A stretch of DNA of 64,000 nucleotides from an uncultured Methylomirabilota bacterium (GTDB lineage: Bacteria > Methylomirabilota > Methylomirabilia > Methylomirabilales > 2-02-FULL-66-22), in contig CAWJSJ010000001.1 in assembly GCA_963845565.1 (NCBI GenBank), positions 608,001-672,000 of the forward strand. The letters are read 5' to 3'. A program made the position numbers and the translations under genes. Shown here one piece after another: positions 20,718 through 33,237 of this stretch (positions within the stretch are counted from its first letter, which is position 1; every line of letters begins with the position of its first letter). The notes under the pieces were generated by a model. The model worked only from the letters and a program-made list of their open reading frames with translations, was not told the origin of the DNA and searched no databases.

Positions 20718-20733
20718 TGTAAAGAAAGTCACA
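20718..20733. promoter_or_regulatory. CRP/FNR-family (or Rex)-like box upstream of hoxE
   Basis: TGTAA-N6-TCACA matches TGTGA-N6-TCACA at 9/10 positions, about 110 bp upstream of the hoxE start. Confidence 0.45.
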
Positions 20734-21115
20734 TTGCCAGAGTGGCATTTTGCAATTCTGATGCTAAACTCTTCGATCGGAGGAACAAAACGGCGAGGTG
20801 TAGCCGGAAATCCAAGTCAATCTGGGCAATCGGTTGTTCGAAAGGTTCCCATCGGACCAGTCTGGTGTTCCGGTAAGCCGATGCGAAGATGACTGCCGGA
20901 ATTCAGTTTTGGGAATTTCTGTCTCAGACTTGCCCCATATTTCACAAGTACAAGCGTTCGCAAATACCGCAGGATGGGGGTCAAGGCGAACACGACGTCT
21001 CACGTGCGCCGGACGAGCCAATCGTGCTTGGCGAGCACCCACAAACCCCGGGGGATCTGGCGGCGAGTAGAGACCCGCGAATCCGGCGTCGGCCGGGAGG
21101 AGGGCAGAATTTTCC

Positions 21116-21144
21116 TTGACAAAGATCGTCGAAATCCCTATTGT
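21116..21144 (+). promoter_or_regulatory. sigma70-type promoter of rplM-rpsI
   Basis: TTGACA-17-TATTGT. Confidence 0.75.
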
Positions 21145-21203
21145 ACCCCGGTTCGTGGGGACATTGGGAGTCGTGGACCGTCACGGAAGGGATCGCGTGT
21201 GTC

Positions 21204-21635
21204 ATGAAGACCTATCAACCCAAGGCGGGTGAGATCGAACGTCGTTGGTTCCTCGTGGATGCGACGGGGCAAAACCTGGGACGATTGGCCGTACAGGTCG
21301 CCAACCTCCTTCACGGAAAAGGGAAGCCTTCCTTCGTCCCACACCTGGACGTCGGGGACTTCGTCGTCGTGATCAATGCGGAGAAGGTGGCGGTCACCGG
21401 GAAGAAGCTCACCCAAAAGACGTACTATCATCACTCGCAGCATCCGGGCGGCATCAAAGCTATTTCGCTCGGCAAGCTCTTGGACGAAGCGCCGGAGCGC
21501 GTGATCGAGAAGGCGGTGCGCGGCATGCTCCCCAAGACTAAGCTGGGCGACGCGCTCTTCTCGAAACTGAAGGTGTACGCAGGTGCCGTTCATCCCCATG
21601 CCGCACAGCAGCCGGTGGCGCTGGCGGTGCAGTAG
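21204..21635 (+). CDS. rplM: 50S ribosomal protein L13
   Basis: [51 protein letters not shown]. Confidence 0.97.
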   Translation: MKTYQPKAGEIERRWFLVDATGQNLGRLAVQVANLLHGKGKPSFVPHLDVGDFVVVINAEKVAVTGKKLTQKTYYHHSQHPGGIKAISLGKLLDEAPERVIEKAVRGMLPKTKLGDALFSKLKVYAGAVHPHAAQQPVALAVQ

Positions 21636-21654
21636 ATCGAGGAGATAAGGTCGG

Positions 21655-22053
21655 ATGATGGAAGCCACGATTCGCTATTACGGTACGGGTCGCCGCAAGG
21701 CCTCCGTTGCTCGGGTGTGGTTGCAAGCGGGTGCGGGCAAGATCGAGGTGAACGAGCGCTCGATGGACGAATTTTTCCCGCGCCAGACCTTGCGAATGAT
21801 CCTTTCGCAGCCGCTGCGGGTGGCGGGGGTCGAAGGGAAGTACGACGTCATGGCGACTGTGATTGGCGGCGGGATCAGCGGCCAGGCGGGCGCCATTCGG
21901 CTGGGGATCGCCCGAGCGCTCCTCAAGCTGGATGTGGCCATGCGGTCCACCTTGAAGAAGGCGGGACTTCTGACCCGAGATCCGCGGGCCAAAGAACGAA
22001 AGAAGTACGGCCAGAAGGGGGCGCGGGCCCGGTTCCAGTTCTCCAAACGGTAG
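21655..22053 (+). CDS. rpsI: 30S ribosomal protein S9
   Basis: [51 protein letters not shown]. Confidence 0.98.
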   Translation: MMEATIRYYGTGRRKASVARVWLQAGAGKIEVNERSMDEFFPRQTLRMILSQPLRVAGVEGKYDVMATVIGGGISGQAGAIRLGIARALLKLDVAMRSTLKKAGLLTRDPRAKERKKYGQKGARARFQFSKR

Positions 22054-22073
22054 CACCCGGTGCGGGAACGAAC

Positions 22074-22105
22074 AGGGAAGGGCCTTCGGGCCCTTCCCTT
22101 TTTTT
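22074..22105 (+). terminator. Intrinsic terminator after rpsI
   Basis: AGGGAAGGGCC-TTCG-GGCCCTTCCCT followed by a T-run. Confidence 0.9.
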
Positions 22106-22187
22106 GTGTCCGCCGCCTCCGGTGGGACGCGCTGGTGCGGGGAGTGTGGCGCGGATGAGTTCTCTCGCCGAGGAAAGGGGTCAAGCC

Positions 22188-23252
22188 ATGACGATGCAGG
22201 GTGAGGCACGGGTGCGGCGGGTCGCCGTGGCCGGCGCCAGCGGATACACCGGGGTCGAATTGCTTCGCTTCCTGGTCCAGCACCCGGCCGTGCGACTGGT
22301 GGCGCTGACGGCGGAGACGCATGCCGGGCAACCCATCAGCCAAGTCTTCCCGAACCTCAAGGGATTCGTGGACCTTACCTGCCGTCCGCTGGACGCCGCC
22401 GCGCTGGCCACCGACGCGGAGTTCGTCTTTCTGGCGCTGCCACACAAAGCCTCGATGACGGTGGGCGCCGACCTGGTAAAACGCGGGGTCCGGGTCCTGG
22501 ATTTGAGTGCCGACTTTCGACTCAAAGAGGCGGCGGCCTACCCCACCTGGTACGGCTTCGAACACGCCGCGCCGACGCTTCTTCGCGAGGCGGTCTACGG
22601 GTTGCCCGAACTCCATCGAGACGCCATTGCGACGGCGCGACTGGTCGCGGTGCCGGGTTGCTATCCCACCAGCGCGATTCTGGGACTCTCCCCGCTCCTG
22701 GCGCATGGCCTCGTGGATGCGGAGACGATCGTCATCGATTCGATTTCCGGCGTCTCGGGCGCGGGGAGGAAGCCGGAGCTTCCCACGCATTTCTCGGAGG
22801 CGAACGAGAGCCTGAAGGCCTACGGCGTTGCCAAGCATCGGCACACGCCGGAAATCGAGCAGGAGCTTTCCGGCGTGGCCGGGCGTCCGGTCACGGTGAC
22901 CTTCACCCCGCATCTCGCGCCGTTGACGCGGGGAATCCTGACTACGATCACCGCCCGGTTGGCGCGACCGCTGACGACCGCCGACTTGCTGGCCGTGTGC
23001 CGTGCGTTCTATCAAGATCGGCCATTCGTCCGGGTCCTCGACGAGGGGCGACTCCCCGAGACCAAGCACGTCTTGCACTCCAACCTGTGCGACATCGGTG
23101 TGGTGGCGGATGCCCGCACGGGACGGGTCGTGGTGGTGTCGGCCATCGACAACCTGGCCAAGGGGGCCTCGGGCCAAGCGGTGCAGTGTTTCAATCTGAT
23201 GGCGGGACTCGACGAGCGCGCGGGGCTCTGGGTTCCAGGCCTGTTCCCCTGA
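22188..23252 (+). CDS. argC: N-acetyl-gamma-glutamyl-phosphate reductase
   Basis: GASGYTG, FLALPH, DLSADFRL, YGLPE, PGCYPT, SGVSGAGR, HRHTPEI, IDNLAKGASGQA. Confidence 0.96.
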   Translation: MTMQGEARVRRVAVAGASGYTGVELLRFLVQHPAVRLVALTAETHAGQPISQVFPNLKGFVDLTCRPLDAAALATDAEFVFLALPHKASMTVGADLVKRGVRVLDLSADFRLKEAAAYPTWYGFEHAAPTLLREAVYGLPELHRDAIATARLVAVPGCYPTSAILGLSPLLAHGLVDAETIVIDSISGVSGAGRKPELPTHFSEANESLKAYGVAKHRHTPEIEQELSGVAGRPVTVTFTPHLAPLTRGILTTITARLARPLTTADLLAVCRAFYQDRPFVRVLDEGRLPETKHVLHSNLCDIGVVADARTGRVVVVSAIDNLAKGASGQAVQCFNLMAGLDERAGLWVPGLFP

Positions 23253-23317
23253 GCCGCCCGCCGGGGTGGGTTGAGGTCGAGCGCGCTCGGGCGACCGCGG
23301 CGCGGGAGGAGGGAATC

Positions 23318-24544
23318 ATGCGAGCTGGGACGGGCGCGTTGACGACGAAGCGGGGTGGGTTGTCCGGGGTGGCAGGCGTCCGGGCGGCGGGCGTGGCCTG
23401 CGGCCTGAAGAAGACGGGTCGGCCCGACCTGGCCTTGGTAGTGTCGGACCATCCGGCCGCGGTCGCGGCGACGTTCACCCTAAACCGGGTGCAGGCCGCC
23501 CCGGTCCTGGTCTCCAAGCGGCGCCTCCGGGGCGGTCGGTTCGCGGCCATCGTCCTGAACAGCGGCAACGCCAACGCCTGCACCGGACGACAGGGGATCC
23601 GGGATGCGGAAGAGACCGCCGCCGAGGTGGCCCACCTCTTGAGCCGGCCTGTCGGACAGGTGTTCGTGGCCTCGACGGGGGTGATAGGGCGGCCGCTGAA
23701 CATGGAGGCGGTTCGCGCCGGCGTCCGGGAGGCCGCGCGACGACTGAGCGCGAAGGGCGGCGCGCAGGCGGCGAGGGCGATTCTCACCACGGATACCGGG
23801 GCCAAGGAAACTGCGGTGGAGTTTAGCGTAGGGCGTCGGCGCGTGACTGTCGCCGGAATGGCGAAGGGGTCGGGGATGATCGCCCCCCACATGGCGACCA
23901 TGCTGGCCGTGATCGCCACGGATGCGGCCGTGGATCCCGGCACCTTGCAGCGCGCGTTAGGGGAGGCGGTGGCCGGGAGCTTCAACTGCATCACGGTGGA
24001 CGGGGACACCAGCACCAACGACATGGTCCTGTGCTTTGCCACTGGGGCGGCCGGGGCGCCTCCCCTCCGGCCTGGGACCTCGGCGCTTGGCACCTTCCGG
24101 TGCGCACTGGAGCAGGTATGCCTGACCCTGGCCAAGATGATCGCGCGGGACGGCGAAGGTGCCACCAAGTTGGCAGAGATCCGCATCCAGGGGGCGCGGT
24201 CGGTGCGGGAGGCCCGTCAAGCCGCCGAGGCGGTCGCCACCTCGCCGCTGGTCAAGACCACGCTGTTCGGACAGGACATCAACTGGGGCCGGGTGATGGC
24301 CGCCTTGGGTCGGTCGGGGGCCCGCTTCGACCCCGCGCGCGTGGATCTCTCCGTCGACGAGGTCCCGGTGGTGCGCCGGGGGCTCGGCCTGGGGCCGCGG
24401 GCCGAGGCGGCGGCGAACCGGCGGCTCCGCCGGCGGGAGTTCGGGCTGACCGTCGCGTTACACGCCGGGGCAGCGGCGGCGCGGCTCTGGACGACGGACC
24501 TGTCCGAGGCCTACGTTCGGATCAATGCCGGTTACCGGTCGTAA
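23318..24544 (+). CDS. argJ: Bifunctional ornithine acetyltransferase / N-acetylglutamate synthase
   Basis: NSGNANACTG, ASTGVIG, AILTTDT, KGSGMIAPHMATML, DGDTSTND, DGEGATK, YVRINAGYRS. Confidence 0.96.
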   Translation: MRAGTGALTTKRGGLSGVAGVRAAGVACGLKKTGRPDLALVVSDHPAAVAATFTLNRVQAAPVLVSKRRLRGGRFAAIVLNSGNANACTGRQGIRDAEETAAEVAHLLSRPVGQVFVASTGVIGRPLNMEAVRAGVREAARRLSAKGGAQAARAILTTDTGAKETAVEFSVGRRRVTVAGMAKGSGMIAPHMATMLAVIATDAAVDPGTLQRALGEAVAGSFNCITVDGDTSTNDMVLCFATGAAGAPPLRPGTSALGTFRCALEQVCLTLAKMIARDGEGATKLAEIRIQGARSVREARQAAEAVATSPLVKTTLFGQDINWGRVMAALGRSGARFDPARVDLSVDEVPVVRRGLGLGPRAEAAANRRLRRREFGLTVALHAGAAAARLWTTDLSEAYVRINAGYRS

Positions 24545-24588
24545 CCCCTCGGGTCCCGTCGGAGATCGGGACGCCCGCGGGAAAGACC

Positions 24589-24618
24589 TTGCCGGTCTTG
24601 GCGCAGCTATGATATAAA
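24589..24618 (+). promoter_or_regulatory. Putative extended -10 sigma70 promoter of rpsB
   Basis: TTGCCG-18-TATAAA with TGn immediately before the -10 hexamer. Confidence 0.5.
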
Positions 24619-24649
24619 ACACGACGGCCTGCCGTTGCGGCAGGCCAAA

Positions 24650-24735
24650 TTCACACGCGCGCGGATCCCCGCGGGGGTGTCCGTCCGGGAGGATGGATTC
24701 CGTAGGGGCGCGAGGCGCGCGGCGGATTAACCGAC
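24650..24735 (+). ncRNA. Putative S2 ribosomal-protein leader (autoregulatory 5' UTR RNA)
   Basis: CACAC-GCGCGC..GGGGGTG..GCGCGC-GGCGGA-TTAACC layout resembles the known rpsB leader; located directly before the rpsB RBS. Confidence 0.55.
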
Positions 24736-24753
24736 GAGACGAGGAGGCGAGAG

Positions 24754-25544
24754 ATGAGTGCAGTGACGATCAAGGACCTGCTGGAAGCGGGCGTGCACTT
24801 CGGGCATCAGACGAAACGCTGGAACCCGAAGATGAAGAAGTTCCTGTTCGGCGAACGGAACGGGATCTACATCATCGACCTCCAGAAGACGCTGAAGCGG
24901 TTCGAGGAGGCGCAGCGTTTCGTGCACGACCTGGCGGCGCGGGGCGGTACGGTTCTCTTTGTGGGGACGAAGAAGCAGGCGGTGGACACCATCCAAGAGG
25001 AAGCCCTGCGGGCGGGGATGTACTTTGTCAATCGCCGATGGCTGGGCGGCACGTTGACGAATTTCCAGACCATCACCAAGAGCATCTCGCGACTCAAGCA
25101 GTTGGAGGACATGAAGGCGACCGGCAAGTTCGAGGCCTTCTCGAAGAAGGAGGTCCTCAAAATGCAGCGCGAGTTGGACAAGCTCAACAATGCACTGCTG
25201 GGCATCAAGCGCATGGAGCAGATACCGGGCGCCGTGTACGTCATCGATCCGAAGAAGGAGCGCATCGCGGTCCAGGAGGCGCGGCGCCTGGGTGTCGCGG
25301 TGATCGGATTGGTGGACACGAACTGCGACCCGGACGAGGTGGATTTCCCGATTCCGGGGAACGACGACGCCATTCGCTCCGTGCGCCTGATCACGGCGGG
25401 GCTGGCCGATGCCATCGTGGAAGGGCGGGGCGAGGGCGCCAAGTCCGGCATGACGGATGTCGAGGCCGAGATGGCAGGTGGTGCCGCGCCGGCCTCGGGC
25501 GCGGAGGCGGCCCCCGGAGAGATCGGCAGACAGAAGGAGATGGC

Positions 25545-25548
<4 letters not shown>
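24754..25548 (+). CDS. rpsB: 30S ribosomal protein S2
   Basis: [54 protein letters not shown]. Confidence 0.98.
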
Positions 25549-26453
<905 letters not shown>

Positions 26454-26507
26454 AGGGGTCGCAGACGATCGAGCACGGGGGGACGGACGCGTAGAGCGGC
26501 GAGGCCT

Positions 26508-27227
26508 ATGGCAGTCCTGGTGTACAAGCGGATCCTGTTGAAGATCAGCGGCGAAGCCCTGGCGGGGGGACAGGACTACGGTCTCAGCACCGCGGTGATC
26601 GATTTCATTGCGGGGGAGGTTAAGACCGTTCACGCGCTGGGGGTCCAGATCGCCATGGTGGTGGGCGGTGGGAATATCTTCCGCGGCGTGGAGGGCAGCG
26701 CGCGGGGGATGGACCGGGCGTCCGCGGACTACATGGGGATGCTGGCGACGGTGATCAACGGTCTGGCCCTGCAGGCCGGCCTGGAGAAAGCGGGGGTCGA
26801 TACGCGCGTCCAGACCGCCATCGAGATGCGCGAGGTGGCGGAGCCGTTCATCCGTCGGCGGGCCCTGCGTCACCTGGAAAAAGGGCGGGTGGTGATCTTC
26901 GCGGGCGGGACCGGCAACCCCTACTTCACCACGGACACCACCGCGGCGCTGCGCGCCATGGAAATAGGCGCAGACGTGGTTTTCAAGGCGACCAAGGTGG
27001 ACGGCGTGTACACGGCGGACCCCAAGACGGATCCGACGGCGACGAAGTTCGACGAGTTGACCTACCTCGAGGTCTTGAGCCGGCGCCTGAAGGTCATGGA
27101 TTCCACCGCCATTTCCCTGTGCATGGACAATCGGTTCCCGATCGTGGTGTTCAATCTGCACGAGCGGGGCCGGCTCCAGCAACTGGTGCACGGGGAACGG
27201 GTCGGCACTCTGGTCAGGGGAGGCTGA
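26508..27227 (+). CDS. pyrH: UMP kinase
   Basis: [41 protein letters not shown]. Confidence 0.97.
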   Translation: MAVLVYKRILLKISGEALAGGQDYGLSTAVIDFIAGEVKTVHALGVQIAMVVGGGNIFRGVEGSARGMDRASADYMGMLATVINGLALQAGLEKAGVDTRVQTAIEMREVAEPFIRRRALRHLEKGRVVIFAGGTGNPYFTTDTTAALRAMEIGADVVFKATKVDGVYTADPKTDPTATKFDELTYLEVLSRRLKVMDSTAISLCMDNRFPIVVFNLHERGRLQQLVHGERVGTLVRGG

Positions 27228-27233
27228 GCGATC

Positions 27234-27788
27234 ATGCAGACCGTCGTACGCAAGGCCGAACAGGACATGAAGCGGGTCATCGACGCCACGCTGAAGAACT
27301 TCAACGGGGTCCGTACGGGCCGCGCCTCCGTCGCGCTGGTCGAAGGAATTCATGTCGACTATCACGGGACGATGACGCCGCTCAACCAGTTGGCCAGTTT
27401 GGCGGTTCCGGAACGCCGGCTGGTCACCATACAACCCTGGGATCCCTCGGCAGTCCAGGCCATCGAGAAGGCCATCCTCAAATCGGATCTCGGCATCACG
27501 CCGGCCAGCGACGGCAAGATCATCCGATTGGCGATCCCCACCTTGACCGAAGAACGCCGGAAGGAACTGGTCAAGGTCGTTCACAAGATGGCCGAGGAGG
27601 GACGCGTCATCATCCGGAACCACCGCCGGGATGCCAACGACGCGCTGAAGAAGATGGAGAAGGCGAAGCAGATCTCGGAAGACGACGTGCGCAAGGGTGC
27701 CGAGCAGATTCAGGATCTCACCAACAAGATGATCAAGGGCCTGGACGAACTCCTGACCAAGAAGGAAAAGGAGATCATGGAGTTCTAG
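27234..27788 (+). CDS. frr: Ribosome recycling factor
   Basis: VRTGRAS, IQPWD, IEKAI, PTLTEERRKEL, KEKEIMEF. Confidence 0.97.
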   Translation: MQTVVRKAEQDMKRVIDATLKNFNGVRTGRASVALVEGIHVDYHGTMTPLNQLASLAVPERRLVTIQPWDPSAVQAIEKAILKSDLGITPASDGKIIRLAIPTLTEERRKELVKVVHKMAEEGRVIIRNHRRDANDALKKMEKAKQISEDDVRKGAEQIQDLTNKMIKGLDELLTKKEKEIMEF

Positions 27789-27821
27789 TCCATCCGGCCG
27801 CATCCGGGGGACGAGCCGATA

Positions 27822-28616
27822 ATGCATCGCCTGCGGATTGTGAGCGCGCTGGTCCTCGTCCTCCCGTTCCTCCTCGTCGTCCAGTTCGGCTCGCCCATTT
27901 CCCTCCACCTGCTCGTGTCGGTGGCCATCCTGCTGTGCGCCTGGGAGTTCGCGTGGCTCTGTCCCGGCGGTGGGAATGCCGGGATGGCGATCCTCACCGT
28001 CGTCGGGGCGTTGGCGTGGCAGTGGCTCATGGTGTGGGGGCTGCCGCCCACGATCATCGCGCCCCTGGCGGCGGCCGCCATGCTGGTCCGAGTCCTGGTG
28101 ACTGGGGAGGAACTTCGGGCCGGGGTGATCCGTGCCGCCTGGACCGTGCTTGGTGTGGCCTTTGTCGGCGGCCTCTTCACGTACGGCGCGTTGTTGCGGA
28201 ATCAGGGGGATGGCCGTCAGTTGATCTATTTCTTGACGTGTACGACCTGGGCCGGGGACATCGGGGCGTACTATGTCGGATCGCGGCTCGGGCGGCGTCC
28301 CCTGGCCCCCCATATCAGCCCCAAGAAGACGATCGAGGGGGCACTGGGTGGCATCGCCGCTCCGGTGCTGGTGGCAGTGGTGTGTCAGCCTTGGATCTGG
28401 CCCGCTGTGGCCGTGGGGACGGCGCTCTGGGTCGGCGGTGTGCTGGCAGCGGTTGGGATGCTCGGAGACCTGGCGGAATCGGCGATCAAGCGCGCCGCCG
28501 GCGTGAAGGATAGCGGACGCCTCATCCCCGGTCACGGCGGCGTCCTGGATCGCCTGGATAGCCTCTTCTTTGCGGGGCCCACATTGTACGCGCTGCGATG
28601 GCTGGGTTGGGTGTGA
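27822..28616 (+). CDS. cdsA: Phosphatidate cytidylyltransferase
   Basis: DIGAYYVG..G..LAPHISPKKTIEG, GDLAESAIKR..GVKDSG..PGHGGVLDRLDS. Confidence 0.95.
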   Translation: MHRLRIVSALVLVLPFLLVVQFGSPISLHLLVSVAILLCAWEFAWLCPGGGNAGMAILTVVGALAWQWLMVWGLPPTIIAPLAAAAMLVRVLVTGEELRAGVIRAAWTVLGVAFVGGLFTYGALLRNQGDGRQLIYFLTCTTWAGDIGAYYVGSRLGRRPLAPHISPKKTIEGALGGIAAPVLVAVVCQPWIWPAVAVGTALWVGGVLAAVGMLGDLAESAIKRAAGVKDSGRLIPGHGGVLDRLDSLFFAGPTLYALRWLGWV

Positions 28617-30199
28617 CCGAGGCAACCGGACACGCGCGCATGGCGTGGGAGCGCAGCCGGAGAAGCCTCCTGGCGGTGTCGAGCGGCCTCCTCTGTGCCG
28701 CCGCGTTTCCGCCCTGGGATGTGGGGCCGTTGGCCTTCGTCGGCCTGGCGCCCCTGTTGGTCGCGGTGGGCGAGGTGTCCCCGCAACGAGCGGCGGGCCT
28801 GGGCTACGTGTCCGGGCTCAGCTTTTACCTGGCGGCGATTTGGTGGGTCATCAATACGATGACCACCTTCGGCGGGATGTCGCTGGCCCTGAGTCTGATC
28901 GCGTTAGGACTCCTGGCCGGCGTCCTGGCGGGCTACACCGGAGTATTCTCCTGGGTGTACGCCCTGGGCGCCCCGTCTCTGCCGCCGGCGCTGCGCCCCG
29001 CCGCCGCGGCGGTGCTGTGGACCGCGTTCGAATTCCTCCGCAGCGTTCTGTTCTCCGGCTTCCCGTGGGTCCTGTTGGGATACACGCAGTACCAGCAACC
29101 TGGACTTCGCTTGCTCGCGGCGCTCACGGGGGTGTACGGTATTTCGGCAGTGCTGGTCTTGGTGAATGCGACGGTCGCCGAGACGGTCGGCTGGTGGACG
29201 CGCCGCGCCGCGGGGACCGTGCGACCTCGAGATCTCGTGCTCGCGTGGGGACTCGGCGCGGTAACGCTCGCCGGCGCCTGGGGGTATGGCGCCGTATGGT
29301 GGCGCGACCTGACGGGCGGCCCGGCCGTCGGGGTGGGGCTCCTGCAGGGAAACATCGACCAGGCGATAAAGTGGGATCGAGCCCACCAGGCGCGCACGCT
29401 GGACACCTACGAGCGCTTGGCGCGGCAGGCGGCGAAAACGAGGCCGTCGCTGATCGTGTGGCCCGAGACCGCGGTCCCCTTTTTCCTGCGACGCGAGCCC
29501 GAACTCGGGGCGCAGGTTCGGTCCGTGGCCGTGGCGACGGGCGTTCCGATGCTGGTGGGAAGTCCGGACCTGGGTGCGGACGGGCTCCTCTATAACAGCG
29601 CGTTCCTCATCGATCGGGACGGCCGACTCGCGGGACGGTACGATAAGCGGCACCTCGTCCCCTTCGGGGAGTACGTGCCGCTCCAGCGTGTCTTCTTTTT
29701 TCTGAACAAACTCGTCACGGGGATCGGCGATTTCGGGCGGGGGCAAACGGCCACGGTGTTTGCCGACGGGTTCGGCCGATTCTCGGTCATGATCTGCTAC
29801 GAAGTCATCTTCCCCGGCGAGGTGCGGGAGTTCACCCAAGCGGGCGCCCAACTCCTGGTCAACATCACCAACGATGCCTGGTTCGGGCGGAGCGGGGCGC
29901 CCTACCAACACCTGGCGATGGCGGCCATCCGGGCGGTCGAGAACGGCAGCTACCTGATTCGGGCTGCCAACACCGGCGTGACCGCTATCATCGCCCCGAC
30001 CGGAGAGATCCTGCGTCAGACGCCGATCTTCACCGAAGCGGTCCTGACCGGGACGGTCCGCCTGCGACAGGGGCACACTCCCTACGCACGATATGGTGAT
30101 GTCGTGGCGTGGGGTAGTCTGGTATTCTTAGTACCATACGGTCTGATTGTGTGGAGGGCCCGCCGACGCGGCGGCGTCCTCACGGCGCCAGTGGGGTAA
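28613..30199 (+). CDS. lnt: Apolipoprotein N-acyltransferase
   Basis: GFPW..LGY, LQGNI, VWPETA, YDKRHLVPFGEYVP, ICYE, NITNDAWFG, RAANTG; start 28613 (GTGA overlap) or 28640. Confidence 0.95.
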   Translation: MTEATGHARMAWERSRRSLLAVSSGLLCAAAFPPWDVGPLAFVGLAPLLVAVGEVSPQRAAGLGYVSGLSFYLAAIWWVINTMTTFGGMSLALSLIALGLLAGVLAGYTGVFSWVYALGAPSLPPALRPAAAAVLWTAFEFLRSVLFSGFPWVLLGYTQYQQPGLRLLAALTGVYGISAVLVLVNATVAETVGWWTRRAAGTVRPRDLVLAWGLGAVTLAGAWGYGAVWWRDLTGGPAVGVGLLQGNIDQAIKWDRAHQARTLDTYERLARQAAKTRPSLIVWPETAVPFFLRREPELGAQVRSVAVATGVPMLVGSPDLGADGLLYNSAFLIDRDGRLAGRYDKRHLVPFGEYVPLQRVFFFLNKLVTGIGDFGRGQTATVFADGFGRFSVMICYEVIFPGEVREFTQAGAQLLVNITNDAWFGRSGAPYQHLAMAAIRAVENGSYLIRAANTGVTAIIAPTGEILRQTPIFTEAVLTGTVRLRQGHTPYARYGDVVAWGSLVFLVPYGLIVWRARRRGGVLTAPVG

Positions 30200-30210
30200 G
30201 GGAGGCACGG

Positions 30211-31351
30211 ATGATTCCCGATCTGGAGCGGACCCTCGACGAAGTAAATCGGAAGCTCGGCCAGTTGCGGGTGTTTCTTTGACGTTCCAGGAAAGCTGGC
30301 CAGGCTGGGAATCCTGGAGGCCCAGACGGCCGCCCCGGAATTCTGGGGTGACCCCGACAAGGCGCAAGCGGTCCTGAAGGAGCAGAGCGCCCTGCGGCAG
30401 ACGCTCGACCAGCACGCGGCGCTGGTCAAGGCCGCGGAAGAGCAGCGCCTCCTCCTCGAGATGGCCGTCGAAGAAGAGGATACGGCGACGCTCGGCGAAG
30501 TGGAGGTGGGACTTGCGGACCTGGGCAAACGGTTGCGGGGCCTGGAACTCCAGAGCGCGCTCTCGGGCGAGTACGACGGTGGGAACGCGATCTTGAGCAT
30601 CAACGCGGGCGCCGGCGGGACCGAGTCGCAGGACTGGGCGCAGATGCTCCTGCGCATGTATCTGCGCTGGGCAGAGCGGAAGCGGTTCCGGGCCGACGTC
30701 ATTGATATGCTCGCCGGCGACGATGCGGGGGTCAAGAACGTCACCGTCACCGTCGAGGGGGCCCATGCCTACGGCCTGCTGCACGCGGAAAGCGGTGTGC
30801 ACCGGCTGGTGCGGATCTCCCCCTTTGATGCCAACAAGCGGCGACACACGTCGTTTGCCTCGGTGTTCGTCTATCCGGATATTCCCGATGACATCGACGT
30901 CAAGATCGAGGACAAAGATCTGCGGATCGACGTGTATCGCTCGACGGGCCCCGGCGGGCAGAGTGTGAACACCACGGACTCGGCCGTCCGGATCACCCAT
31001 CTGCCTACGGGCATGGTGGTGACCTGCCAGGACGAGAAGTCCCAGCACAAGAACAAGGCGAAGGCGATGAAGGTGCTGCGCGGGCGACTGTATGATCACT
31101 ACAAGCGGGAGCGGGACGAGGAGTTGTCGAAGCTGGACGGGACGAAGCAGGCCATCGCCTGGGGTAGTCAGATCCGCTCCTACGTCCTGGCGCCGTACCA
31201 ATTGGTCAAGGATCACCGGACCGGCGAGGAGACCGGTAACGTCAGCGCGGTTCTCGATGGGGATGTGGACCGATTCATCGAAGCCTTCCTCTTCAAACCC
31301 CCGGACGTCAAGGCGGCGACGCCGCCGAGCAAGGAGGCCGACGATGTCTGA
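30211..31351 (+). CDS. prfB: Peptide chain release factor 2, expressed by programmed +1 frameshift at CTT-TGA-C (30277-30283)
   Basis: 23-codon ORF from ATG 30211 ending CTT TGA C, then +1 frame with GAGGTESQDW, HRLVRISPF, GPGGQ, WGSQIRSYV. Confidence 0.96.
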
Positions 31352-31586
31352 GCAGGACCTTCAGGCCGAATTGGAGCGATTGAAGGCCGAGAACGAAGCG
31401 CTGAAGGCGAAGACGACGCGTGCAACGTCAATCCGGGTGAGCGAGAAGGGGGGCGTGTCGGTGTACGGCCTGGGGCGGTTCCCCGTGACGCTGTACAAGG
31501 AGCAGTGGTTGAAACTGCTCGAGATGGCGGAGGAGATCCGCCGGTTCATCGCGGAGAACGACGCGAGGCTCAAGACCAAGGGATGA
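31344..31586 (+). CDS. Small conserved-looking hypothetical protein (80 aa; coiled coil plus possible PC4-like domain)
   Basis: AAGGAGG RBS, overlap with prfB end; MSEQDLQAELERLKAENEALK..VSEKGGVSVYGLGRFPVTLYKEQWLKLL. Confidence 0.8.
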   Translation: MSEQDLQAELERLKAENEALKAKTTRATSIRVSEKGGVSVYGLGRFPVTLYKEQWLKLLEMAEEIRRFIAENDARLKTKG

Positions 31587-31641
31587 TCTCCCCGGTCCCG
31601 GTGACGGCTCTGCCGCGAGCGGGGTCGTCGCCGGCGCCGGC

Positions 31642-31670
31642 TTGACACCCCGCGTGGCCCTCCTTATAAT
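31642..31670 (+). promoter_or_regulatory. Perfect-consensus sigma70 promoter of lysS
   Basis: TTGACA-17-TATAAT. Confidence 0.88.
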
Positions 31671-31700
31671 CGCGCACTTCACACCGATATCGGAGGCAGT

Positions 31701-33230
<1,530 letters not shown>

Positions 33231-33237
33231 CGCGCCG

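Noticed and set aside
20730..20756. sigma54 promoter for the hox operon (TGGCA..TTGCA)
   Set aside because: GG-to-GC spacing is not the required 10 nt on either strand.
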